This document shows, piece by piece, positions 25,357 through 37,067 of a DNA stretch of 64,000 nucleotides. Origin of the DNA: Hydrurus foetidus (taxonomy: Eukaryota). The DNA lies in NCBI GenBank assembly GCA_900617105.1, contig UYFQ01000287.1, positions 1 to 64,000 on the forward strand, read 5' to 3'. Below the pieces are notes generated by a model. It had not been told where the DNA came from, did no database searches, and worked only from the letters and a program-made list of their open reading frames with translations. Position numbers and translations under genes: made by a program. The first letter of the stretch is position 1; each line of letters starts with the position of its first letter.

Positions 25357-25824
25357 CAGTTTGAGCGTTGCCCTATATTCTGGGCGCATTACCATAAGGT
25401 AATTCCCACTTTGGCAATCTTCGCTCGCTATTGTATGACATTGACACCTTCATCAGCAGCAGCTGAAAGAGTTTTCTCTCATTTGAAGAGTTCTTTCACC
25501 ATTGGTCAGATGAGACAGTCTTTAGAAGACTATACAGAAGGATCTTTAATGTTGCAGTACAACAAATTTCGAGCACTATAGAAGATGTCGTTGATATTTA
25601 GATTAGCGCTTGGTGTTAATAGAGTTTTTGAATAATTAAATAGGTGTTAAGGCATGATTAAAATCGTTTTAAAATCATTCTTAGTGCGTGAACAGAGAGC
25701 AGATTTTTCTAGGGGGGACACGTCCCCCCAACACCCCCCTTTGGGGGAACCCTTCCCGTTCCCCCCAGACCCCCTACCCGTACCAGCAATCCTGGGCAGG
25801 ATTGCAAATAATGACAGGCAAGAT
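25357..25824 (+). mobile_element. Duplicated 3' end of the hAT element (copy of 22853-23320)
   Basis: 468 bp matching 22853-23320, with two substitutions seen by eye. Encodes the transposase C-terminus and lacks the last 13 bp of the TIR. Confidence 0.95.
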
Positions 25825-27734
25825 TAAGAGGATACCAGGAGCTTGCAGAAGGTAGTATAGGTTCTCTGGACCGGAATGACTAGCAACCGGTTGGTCCCCT
25901 TCAGTCTACCTTTCCCATATCCACATCACTCAGCATGAGAGATGCAAGTCTCGTTATAGCTACTGTAGATACATGCATCACATCTTTTGTAACCTGCGGT
26001 CTCGAATTGATCGCAGCGTGTGAAGCACCGCACCTGCATGCAAATCATTGCAGCAGTGTCGTATTTTATTTGGATGACTTGCAGTCAGATGACTTTAGCA
26101 GTCAGATGACCTGCGGAAATGCAGACCAAGGAATATTACGCTCCCTTGCTGTCTCGAGGAATGGATGGGGTGACGAGCCAGCTAGCTGCCGAATAGGATC
26201 TGCTTCCGATAGAAAATTGCGATCCTTCAGCAGGAAATGGTTTTGGACGGCGGAGTTCAGCACGCCGAGTTCTGAACAAGATTACGGGAAAAAGTGGAGG
26301 CGCTTCTAAAAAATATTAGATCAGTTTAAGATCTCATCTAGGCGTCAGCGCTGATGAATCGATGCAGTCATCCACGGCCAACTCGTCTCAGCGGATTAGC
26401 AGAGGCAGAGAACATCAGCACTAGCGAACATATGAAGATATCTCTGTAAGGATAACAAATGTGCGAAGAGTTTTGTCTCCGATCATCTCAGCTGTATTTG
26501 GTCAGGCTCATTGCCTCGATACCTGAAGACTTCCATCCTGCCGTCCATTTCAATGGTAGATTAGATGTCAGCGGCCAAACTGCGTGGAGCATTCCACAAC
26601 TCGAAATTGACGACAGATCAGTTGCACGATGAATTGACTACCCATTAGAAAGCTTGCAGGGTCTTTCGTTATGTAAGTAAGACAAGAGATTGCTGGAATC
26701 GAACCCACTACCCCAGAGGAGTTTTTATTCACAGAATGGTATGTGTTGCCACGAGCGACAGACCCAGATAGTTGCGGCGGAACTTTAATGATCGTTGATA
26801 CAAAAATTTAGAGCTCAACGAACAAGGAAGTGCTAAGAAAGAAAAAAGAAAGAAAGAAAAAGGAATGATCTGAAACAATTATTGAATATATATTCCGACA
26901 CAGAGTGTCAACACTCGCTCCTAATCAAATCGATCGAATGGAAGTAATCACAGAATGAAAAGCAAAATAAAATGACCGCGCAATCAAATTGAAAAAACAA
27001 GCTAAATACAGCAAGGTGATCAATAAATAATGAATAATTGAGTACAGAGAATGAATCGATATGCTACAGAAATCACTTCTTCCCTTCTTCTACTCAACTT
27101 GAAATGAAATAGTTCTTTACGAGAAAGAAAGGGGAGTGTGCGAATTTGGAATACGGAATATAATAAATTTTTCTGTACTTCCATGGGATGAAAGGCATAA
27201 CATGTCCCTGAGCTTTTGGACCTTTTCAGAGCATCTCTGGAATTTCCCTTACATGTAGCATATCATTCTCTACAAAATAACGATCAAAATCGGTCATAAT
27301 CAGTAACGGCAATTTCGTCACAGACGACGAAGAAACGTAACTTGAATCTTGACTTCAGCAAAAGAAAGAATTCGGGGTCTTGTCGGAACTCATATCATAT
27401 TTGCAATCGAGATGGTCGCTTTGCGTTTTACGCATTGCAATACGTAATGAGAATAAAGTAAAATAAAAAATATTATTTCAAACGATAAATTTGAAATAAA
27501 ATTAAAATGGAAAAAAAGAAAATGGAGAAATGAAAAAGAAGAGGAAGGAAATAGAAAGAAAAATACGTATCTACTAATACAAATTTTAACCATCCAATTA
27601 TAATAACGGCCTGATGGGCGAAAGAATCGAGGAAATTATCAGGCCCTACGGAAGGCCTGCTCGAAGCTCAGACGGCGAGGAGGTATCAGGATGGGTGTCA
27701 TCGCCGGCGACTTGTGTGCGTTAACGCATGCAAA

Positions 27735-28000
27735 TCAGTGTAGTGTGATGCAATGTGGCGCACATCAGTTCAGTCTGATGCAGGGCGGTGCATATCAGGG
27801 CAGTGTGATGCAGTGCAGTACAATGCAGTGCGATACGATGCAGTGCGATACGATGCAGCGCGGTATACATCAGGACAGTATGATACAGGGCAGTGTGATG
27901 CAGTACAATATGATGCAGGGCGATACGATGCAGCGCGATACGATGCAGCGCGGTATACATCAGGACAGTATGATACAGTGCAGTGTGATGCAGTGCAGCG
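27735..28000. repeat. Pentamer-based (CAGTG/TGATG/CGATA) 15-bp minisatellite with a 90-bp higher-order duplication
   Basis: Repeated GATACGATGCAG(C/T)GC units; the block GGTATACATCAGGACAGTATGATACA occurs twice, 90 bp apart. Confidence 0.75.
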
Positions 28001-30367
28001 CGGTCTAAGGAGAAACCGTCCCCTTAAGGGACTACCAACGAGGATCCACCAAGATGTCCTCCGCTAGGGACAGCAGACTGCTCGCGATAACGAAGGCAAG
28101 TGCCTCGAGGGTGTTGCACATGGATCCTGTGAGGCGCAGCACTCCTCGAGTCGACCTCTTTAGCACCTCCGTTAGTCCGGAAGCGTGCGAGCTGCGGAAG
28201 AACTGGGCGAGGTAAGCTACTTCCGCACCAATTGCTAGTCTGATGAGAGCGAGGAAGTTCCACAGAGTGGTTCGCAGACCCTTGAAGGAATGCCTGGCAC
28301 AGCCTTGAAATGAACTTTGTCACGGAACTTGGACCCGCAGGTCCTCAGGTCGCCCTGTGAGTGTTAGAGGCCAGAGCAACTAGCGCTGACAGTGCAGCGA
28401 AATAAAAATATTTCTGAAGTTATGCGATGTACACAAAATGGTCGCTACTTCATTCTCGAGTGCAAGAGTGCGACTGGCATTTGGACAGCCTGCTGCTGTG
28501 TCTTTACCGAAGAAGGCTATACCTTGTGGGCGGTGCGGTGAGCAATCCATCCAGGTGAGGGTATATTGCTGTAAATTAATCGTAGGCGATCATAGTAGTG
28601 ATAAGCTGATTCGAACTTTCGGCACCATAGTGTTGGTGGTGTGCGTTTGCGTTGATGCTTTGTGGATTCAACACGATTAACCGATGTAGAATCCACACCC
28701 TGCGTAAGCAAAGAATGATGTGTATCATTCGAGTGCGTACAACATAGCATTGATGGGTGTGTCTGTCTGCGCATGTGTGACAGTGGCGTCTGGTGTATAC
28801 CGCCTACGGTAGACTGGTATACACCATCTGAGGCAAGTGAGCCGAAGATAGTAGACTGTCTTGGTGGGGCAGTCTTCACATGCGCAAGAAACAGCCCCAT
28901 AGTGTTGTTCGGTGTGTTATTAATAGGTTCAACTGTCTGTACATGTGTGATGTGCAGCCGTCCGCGTCATGTGTGTACTGTCCGTAGCCGTGTGGCTACA
29001 GAAACAGCGTTAGCTCAGTACATGCTGCGATGGCTGGTTACATGTGCACATTGAACAGCCCTATAATGTATTAATGCAGTCTATGTACTTGTGACAAGCT
29101 TGATATGACAAGCCTCTGATTGCACTTGTGTCAGAGCACCTTGCACTGTCTGCGGCACCTGTGTGTAACCGTAGAAAAGGCCTGACTATTAATGTGAGTA
29201 ATAGTCCTGCCGTCATGTTGATGGCAGAAAGCCCAGTGCATTGTATGTGTGTGTGCTATAGTCGCGCGATGTACTGTATCTGTCAGGATATTACGCGGCT
29301 ATAGCACTGGTGAGGGCGAAGTGCTCGATTGTGAAGCCCTCACCGTAATCAAACAAGAGAGCGGAGACTCACCCTACCTGCACCAACATCGACCTTTCAG
29401 AATTAAAGCGCGACGGCTCGCCAGCTCAATAGAGGGGCCAGCACTTCTCGCATTGAATAGAGAGCGCTGAGGTAGTGGGGGTGTCAGCGCAAGAAGGATG
29501 GAGACTTCGAGAATTTTGTGATCGATCAAACATCACGTGAGCAACCGGGAAAGGTGGGAGGCCGTGGTGATCTGAAGAGTCAAAAATAAATAAATAATAA
29601 TGATAATAATAATAATAATAAAATGATATTCAAAAAACGAATAAAAGAAAGAAGGAGGGTTATAGAGAGAGAGGGAGAGAGTGATTGAGGGCAGCCCCGA
29701 CGTAATTGGAAAAGGTGCACCTGTTGCGATATCCGCTTCATGCGGACAATGGGGTACCTGGTGTGTAAGGACTGACGTTCTTATTTTCACTATTGAGACC
29801 GCATTCGGATCCAAAAACGTGGCGGGGAGTTCATACTTCAAGGCAGCGGTGCAGCCAAGTAGTAGAGTCATAGATGATGTGCGTGATTACTAACAGGGAG
29901 GAAGTCATCAGACACATTTCAGTAAGTTATATCGAGTTTCCAAAAGACTTGATTGAGTCGATCATGCACGTGGGAGTCGAGGGCGACGAGGATTCCTTAG
30001 AAGTATCCGCAAGCAAGATTGGAGCAGAACAGTACGTGCAATTAGATCGGGTGTCACGAGGACGGTCGCATGAACAGGGGGAAGCACTCGGCGGGGTCTC
30101 ACGACTTCATGGACTGAGCGTGATATCAAGAAGACATATGAGCAGCAGAGACCACTGCTAACGGCTAGAACACAACCAGCAGCGCCCTAGGTAGTGGTGG
30201 GCGAAGGGCTTTTCTGGGTCCATGGTCCATCCTATGCCAGCGCATCCAACTGAGTCAGTGGCTACGCGGATAGGGTGGGTGGACACTAGCTGGCGCGCAT
30301 GTGACGCCACCTGTAGGGCAATTCACATCAGTTAATTACAGTCCCTTATCGTGAGTATCTAACCGGT

Positions 30368-30631
30368 TATGGTCGTTGGTGACCAAAGGACGGTGGACGA
30401 GGACGATGGACGAGGACGGAGGCGAAAAACGAAGATGGGGGAGGTGGAAGAGTATTCTTATAGTTTACAGCGAGAAACAAGCAGTAGTATCTACAGTGAT
30501 GTGTACTCGCGTGGAAACGAAAAGAAAAGAAAACTGTACCGGACTTTGGGTCCGTTCTAGAATCTACAGTACAGGTATAGTATACAGTCACAGTGTATCC
30601 GTACATGCAGTACAGATACAGTGAGGCTACA
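30368..30631 (-). repeat. 3' LTR
   Basis: Direct repeat of 35844-36107, preceded on the minus strand by the polypurine tract (30632-30657). Confidence 0.92.
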
Positions 30632-30837
30632 CTACCCCTTCTTCCCTTTTCTTTTCCAATGAACTCTACTAATATTTGTATGAGAGTGGGAAAGAAAGAC
30701 GAAACAAAACACATTTTGAAAAAAATGAGAAACTTCGAAAACGATGATGTCAGACTCTTACTGACTAAATTCCTCCAAAAAAGAATATAAAAAAATAGGA
30801 GGTAAATTCTTCATGAATAACGTTTCGAGTGAAGAAA

Positions 30838-33800
30838 TCAACGGTGTTGTTTATTGATTAGTTTTGTCAAATTATTTTGACGCAAGTAATCATGAAGTTT
30901 ATCAACATCACGAAGATTGGAGTAAGGCTCCCAAGTGTTTTATCAGAAGGGTAATTTAACCATTTGACTAAAAACTCAATCTTGGAGCGTTGATGAGGTC
31001 CACGGTGATCAACGATGTCTTCTACGAAGTATTCCATATGGTCACGACGCGCGACATCAACAGGATTTGTAATCGCTGGATCATACAGAAACGGTTTCAT
31101 GGCAGATACATGATATACCGCTGTTTTTGTGTGATCAAATCGTATAGAGTGTAACGAGAATTTTCGCCACTGACGACTTTTAATGGACCTCTCCAATGCG
31201 TATGAAGACGTGTTGGAGGTGATCCATCGCGATAATGTACAAGAACATATGAGTCGCGAGGGTACTCAATATGCTGAGAGATCTGAGATTGGTTTTGATG
31301 AAGTAAATCTGTACGAAGAAGTTCTTTGGCCGAAGCTTTGAGAAGACTATCTTGTATTTTTAATAGATTGCTCATACGTGCCGACAAAGGTTTGTCATTA
31401 ATAACAAGTCTCTCAGATGGAGGAAGAAATATTCCTCTGTCTAATTTGAGTATATTGCCGAAAAGCAATTGAGATGCAGAGATTTTTAAACGATCACTGT
31501 GATTAGAATTTAAAATTCGTTGCACAAATGGTAGTGATGTTGAATAATCATCAAGCGTTACGTTATCGTAAGTTAAAGCACGAAGGTGTCTATTAACTTC
31601 TTTATTCATGCGTTCAACAATGGCGTTTTCTTCTTTAGAATATGCTAAAGTAAGACAGTGTTGAGTGCCAATAAGAGTTAGAAACTCTTTGATAACTTCG
31701 GCAATGAAGTGTGGCCCATTATCAGAACGGAGTTGGAGAGGTGCGCCGAAACGACCGAAATGTTGCAAAAGGCATTGAGCTGTCGAAAGTGCCGAAGCAT
31801 CTTTAGTATGAAACAGCTCAACCCACCTTGTGAACGTATCGATAATTACGAGTACGTACCCCCCGTCTGGAAACGGTCCTACGAAGTCTATGTTAAGGCA
31901 TTCCATAGGTGTGTAAGTAGAAGTCGAAAAGCCGTGAGCATGAATTGGGATCTTTAACATGCTCATCTTTTGACAACACGAACAGTGATCTATGAACCAC
32001 CTGACATGCTGTCGTTGAAACTGCCACACCTTGTTGTTGTCTTTGAGACGCTTTAAAGTGCGCTCAAGACCAAAGTGACCAACTTGTGAATTGTGTACAT
32101 TACTTATAGTATTGTATTGTTCACGAGTCAGTTTGAATTTTTCAATTATATTGGCAGACATGATTGTCTCAAGTGAATATTCTTGAGGATGGTCAATCAT
32201 GTTGTTACGACAGAGTCGAGACATCGAATCAGCTATGTCATTGTTAACACCGGAAATGAATTCAATTTTAAATGAGAATTCTGATAAAGCCATAAGCCAA
32301 CGAACAATCATTGGATTTGAATGATTTTTAATGTATAACAAGTTACGATGATCGGTGCGTAATGTAAACATCCGATCACGTAATAGCGATTTTAAATACG
32401 TGCACGCAAAGAAAATAGCATATGCTTCTTTCTGTATAACTGCCCACCTAAGTTGAGCTTTGTTAAGCGATTTACTAACAAATGCTACGGGCGTCTCTTT
32501 TCCGTCAACTAACTGAAAAAGATAAGCACCTACACCGTAATCCGATGCATCAGTGTGCAAGTAAATCGGATCGGTGTCACTTAAAAGTGCATTGTCGTGC
32601 ATTTTGCAGTTTGAGATTTAATTAACTCAAATGCTGAGTCAGCTTCTGGTGTCCAAACTATTTTTTTAGATTTATTATAATCAACAAGCAACTGGTGTAA
32701 CGGATATAGTACAGTTGAAGCATTTTTGATAAAATCGTGAAAATAGTTTACCAAACCTAAAAAACTTTTAAGTTGTTTAGATATATCTGGTTTGGGAAAA
32801 TCTAAAACTTGCCGTATTTTTTCTTGTGACATTTTTAGTCCTTCAGCAGAAAGGACTTTGCCAACATAATCAATTTCGGAATAGCCAAGATAACATTTAT
32901 TTGGTTTAAGAAATATTTTATGTTGTCGAAAGCGTTGAAAAACAAGACGGAGTCTAAAAACTAATTCGTCAGTGTCTTTGCCGAAAACATTGCAATCATC
33001 AATGTACATTTCGCATATAGTGTAAATCAAACCAGCTAATACAACAGTTGCCATGGTCTGTTGAAAGTAAGAAGGAGCTCGTTTAGGCCCAAAGGGCAGA
33101 CGAGTGAATTGATACACGCCACAGAAAAGTATGAATGCAGTGTATGCGCGTGCTGCAAGTGTAAGCGGTGCTTGATGATATCCTTGAGTGAGATCAAGTG
33201 TAGCGAATACTTTAGCTTTATGAGCACCAATTCGACGTAACATTTCATTTATGTTAGGAATGGGCCATGATGCATCTTCGGTACAATCATTAAGATTTCG
33301 ATAATCTATACACATGCGTTTGGTTCCGTCAGACTTTGGAACCATAAGCACTTGGCTGTAATAAGCCGCATTTGATTTCTCGATAATCCCTTGCTCTTCA
33401 AGTTTCGCGAGTTGACGTATAATGTCAGCTTGATTTGCAGTGGATTGTGGTCGAGGAGGTGTTCTATTACGGGAGACTTTCCATTTTACGTCATCCACGT
33501 TAAGTTCAAACGGTGGGATATCAGCAGGGCTAGCCGGAAGCTCACTGCTAAATATATCCCTAAATTCGTTACATAGTAAACGGAGTTTATTTTTCTGATC
33601 TTCATCACCTGCTATGTGTATTAGCGAGAGTGAATCTGTATCAAGAAATTCATTAATCCATGGTGAAAAGGAGTCATTTAATGAATCATCAATTTCATCT
33701 TCATCAGGCGGCACAACTCCAAATAGTTGTTCCGACTCTTGAATTAACGAAGCTAGTATGACATGTGTTTGGGTGACTGCCGGATCTTTCATTTGGGTTA

Positions 33801-35767
33801 ATGAAAGATCTTTTGGGGTTCCTTTAGAGGTTTGCAAAGTCTCTTCGGGCTGACAGCCACATGTTATGACCACATCTTCAGAAGTCGAGACTCCCTTTAT
33901 TGGGGTTGGTCGCGATGAAGTGCTTGATTTTATTTGATCTGGGAAAATCGAGAATAGATCTAAATCTCGTATAATTTTTCTTCCCACTATTAGATCAATT
34001 TGTGTTTGTTCTAAAACATAAGCCGTGATTTGGAAAGAAGAATAATTATTTAAATCAGGGCAAAAATAAGAAAGTTTTAAGTCGATGGTTTCAGAAATTT
34101 CATAGCAATGATTATCTAAACCACTACAAACTTTACACGCTGTCTTAGAAGATTTAGAAACATGTTGTGTTAAGTTAAGATTATTTATAACACGCCTAGC
34201 TATAAAATTGCTGGCGATCGATCCCGTATCCAATAGAGTGAAGACTCTATTTTTCTCTTCCAGCGAAGTTTGCTGAGAAATATGAGAAATAAAGAAGGGA
34301 TTAGATGTTTATCCGATGAAACGGAAGGGTTGTCAATTGACGACATATTAAGGTTGTAAACGTAGTCACCTTTTTGTTTCTTCGCGACACGAGTAGTGTC
34401 TGCTGACGAGGCAGCGGTCTTAGAAGACGCAGAAGAAGAGGAGGAAGCGGAAGAAGAAGATGTTCCGTACGCGTTTGGAATGAACGTCGCTTTGGGATCG
34501 ATCTTCAAAAGATCTTTGCCTCCTTCCGACTGAAGGAAAGGTTTCTCGGTACTGTTAAAGTACGGAGAAGAGCCGAATCGACAAGTGGCTACTAAGTGGC
34601 CAAGTCTCCCACAGCCGGTACAGTGGGGTTTGTCAGATTGCTCAGGCTTCTCGTCCTCTCGTTGCCGTTTTTAATTCGTGGCTCTTGAGGAGGACGGTTA
34701 GAGTTTTTGATTTGGCGAGAATGATCGCCATAAGTCGGGTGGACGTCTACAAACCGTAAAGCATCAATTGCTTCTCGTAGCTTTCTTAGTTGCGCACGCC
34801 ACACGAATCGAAAATCATCGACCGTGATAAGACGTGGCGTTCTATCGAGAGTGCGGTACAAAACTGACCTCCAATTAATGGGTTCAGCTGGCAACTTATC
34901 AATAAGAATTTTAGTTGCTGTTAACTGCATGGCAGCTGACACCTCAGGGAATGCATCGACAATATCAGCTAAAAGCTGGTCTGTCTTTTCTTCCACTGAT
35001 GGGTTCTTCAGGTCAAATTGAATTTGAATCTGAGTAATGGATTCAATGAATCCTAGTTTATCCGTTCTGGACGTCGCAGTTGCAGGAATTGCCAAATTCA
35101 ATTCTCTACAAAAATTCTGATTAGTCCAGTTTCTCCAGTTGTTACAACTGTCTCGACGATCAGGGTCGGTTGCAAATCGAAGTTGCAAAAGGGTTTTAAA
35201 AGATTGGAAGTTGCTGTGATGAACGACATCAACTGGCCGAAACGGCGTTCCATTCGAGAGGAGAACCTCTGAAACTCTTTGAACCTCTTGCCAAGACGGC
35301 TTGGCGCTCAACTTAGGAGCTTTCTCACCAACTTGCACGTACTGAGTTGGTGGTGCCAAAGCACGTTGATTAGCAGATCTATCGACCGAAGTCGACGTGA
35401 TCTCAGCCGAAGCTGGTGTCGCAGCCGAAGCTGGTATCGCAGCCGAAGCTGGTGAAAGAGATAAAGCAGACAACGCAGAAATGACAGGCACATCAATAGC
35501 AGACACGACCGCAGGCCCCGACGTCGGCTGAGACGCCGGCGCAGACAGGTCTCCGGCGGGGTCCTGAATCGCAGGTGATCCAGGAGACTCTATGTCTTGG
35601 ACATTGCGCTGCGTATGTTTGAGATACGCCTTCCGTGCTGCGACGGCGACAGCGCGCGGCTGAGCTCGTCTTAAGATGGCGCTGTTGTTGTCGGTGGTGT
35701 TGATGGTTGCCTTAGCGTTGGTGGTTGCCTTAGCCGAGGCTTTGGCACGGATGCGGCGAATTGCCAT
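30838..35767 (-). CDS. Gag-Pol polyprotein, interrupted by five apparent 1-bp frameshifts
   Basis: Zn-knuckle-like CTGCGRLGH..C; protease LLDTGS; RT RMCIDYR, LPFG, YIDD; RNase H TDAS; integrase HHCC and D,D-35-E (NIDF, SDNG, VER); GPY/F-like WRGP; chromodomain EFLVKW..TWEP. Confidence 0.9.
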
Positions 35768-35843
35768 GATCCGAAAAATTTCCCGAGAAAAGATGGATGA
35801 GTTGAAGAAAAGAATTTTGGTCGTAGGAACCAAATATCGATAT

Positions 35844-36107
35844 TATGGTCGTTGGTGACCAAAGGACGGTGGACGAGGACGATGGACGAGGACGGAGGCG
35901 AAAAACGAAGATGGGGGAGGTGGAAGAGTATTCTTATAGTTTACAGCGAGAAACAAGCAGTAGTATCTACAGTGATGTGTACTCGCGTGGAAACGAAAAG
36001 AAAAGAAAACTGTACCGGACTTTGGGTCCGTTCTAGAATCTACAGTACAGGTATAGTATACAGTCACAGTGTATCCGTACATGCAGTACAGATACAGTGA
36101 GGCTACA
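35844..36107 (-). repeat. 5' LTR
   Basis: Begins TGTAGCC on the minus strand; no differences seen from 30368-30631. Confidence 0.92.
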
Positions 36108-36196
36108 CGGTTTGATGTTTGCTTGAAAGCTAACTCCTTAACCGGGAGGTACGGTATAATACAACCGGGCAGAGGCCGGAATGCAGCGGAATAGAA

Positions 36197-36209
36197 CCGC
36201 CTGAGCCTA
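36197..36209 (+). mobile_element. Displaced terminal 13 bp of the hAT right TIR
   Basis: CCGCCTGAGCCTA is identical to 23321-23333 and is exactly the piece missing after 25824. Confidence 0.75.
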
Positions 36210-36381
36210 AGGTGGGGATCCTGATTGGGATCGTGCAAACTGTCCTTGATGCTGTGAATCTCCGGCTGAAGACTCCATACTCCGTACTCCACAGTTGTGA
36301 TCACATCTTCCGCCTTCAACCACTTCCCGAAGCCCGAGACAGGATTCCTCGTTGAACGTTCGCAACTCTCGTCACACGAAA

Positions 36382-36913
36382 ATGAAGGCCTCTGCCGAGG
36401 ATAGAGAGGGAGCAACCATATCTGATGATCAGATCTCAGCAGATATCGTGTCCAAACTGAAAGAGGTCGACACCAAACTGTTAAAAAAGATGAAACGTGA
36501 GGCTCTCTCTATCGCACTGAGAAATCCACCTGCTGGCAGCAAATCAGAATCAGTTAAGGTAACAGACGGACAACTAAGGATCGACTCTGATCTCATCCGC
36601 CATAATATTTGGTCTTCACAATAATGTAGCGGATGTGCAGGTTAACTACACGCTCACAGTCTGTAATTACAAAATTTAGGATATGAACGCCGCAGTAATA
36701 GAAAAAGTGCTGCTGAGCCTTCTGGATTCTGAAATTGCTGAGGCAGTAGATTTCCTGGATCTAGACGCATGTGATATTTTGTTAAAATATGTTTATAAAT
36801 TTATGGGGAGACTGCAAAATTGTGCCCTTATGCTCAAACTGCATGCTCAACTCTGTGAGAAAGCTGGTCCCGGGTCGATAATCAGGGTCTTGACGGATAG
36901 GAAGCAAGTATGA
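36382..36913 (+). CDS. ARPC5: Arp2/3 complex subunit 5 (p16-Arc)
   Basis: Exons 36382-36558 and 36680-36913. Motifs: AL.NPP.GSKS..VKD, DILLKYVYK, GPGSIIRVLTDRKQV. Confidence 0.9.
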
Positions 36914-37067
36914 CGAAAACTGCAGTCTCGGATCTGAAGATGACAGATCACTACTGCTGACATCTGAAAATGTTCCGATCAAATACATTCAGTTTCAGTG
37001 CATTTAGATAGACGTTAGCATAATGTCCAATTTGCTCATATTTGTAAAATAGTACATAAAACGCCAT

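Larger units (their letters stand above)
30368..36107 (-). mobile_element. Ty3/Gypsy chromovirus-type LTR retrotransposon, full length
   Basis: Two apparently identical 264-bp LTRs; TSD CGGT(T); PPT GGAAAAGAAAAGGGAAGAAGGGGTAG; domain order gag-PR-RT-RH-IN-chromodomain. Confidence 0.95.

Noticed and set aside
26690..26715. tRNA or SINE from the minus-strand GGGTTCGATTCC B-box-like motif
   Set aside because: The T-stem does not pair, and there is no A-box or cloverleaf.
27691..28067. MQ..-repeat ORFs
   Set aside because: Translations of a 15-bp minisatellite that is open in several frames on both strands.
34290..34305. Programmed -1 gag-pol frameshift site
   Set aside because: No X-XXY-YYZ slippery heptamer, and the shift has the same homopolymer signature as four other breaks in the element.
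35843..36415. 190-aa minus-strand ORF
   Set aside because: A chance read-through across the ARPC5 start, the TIR remnant and the LTR; chimeric.
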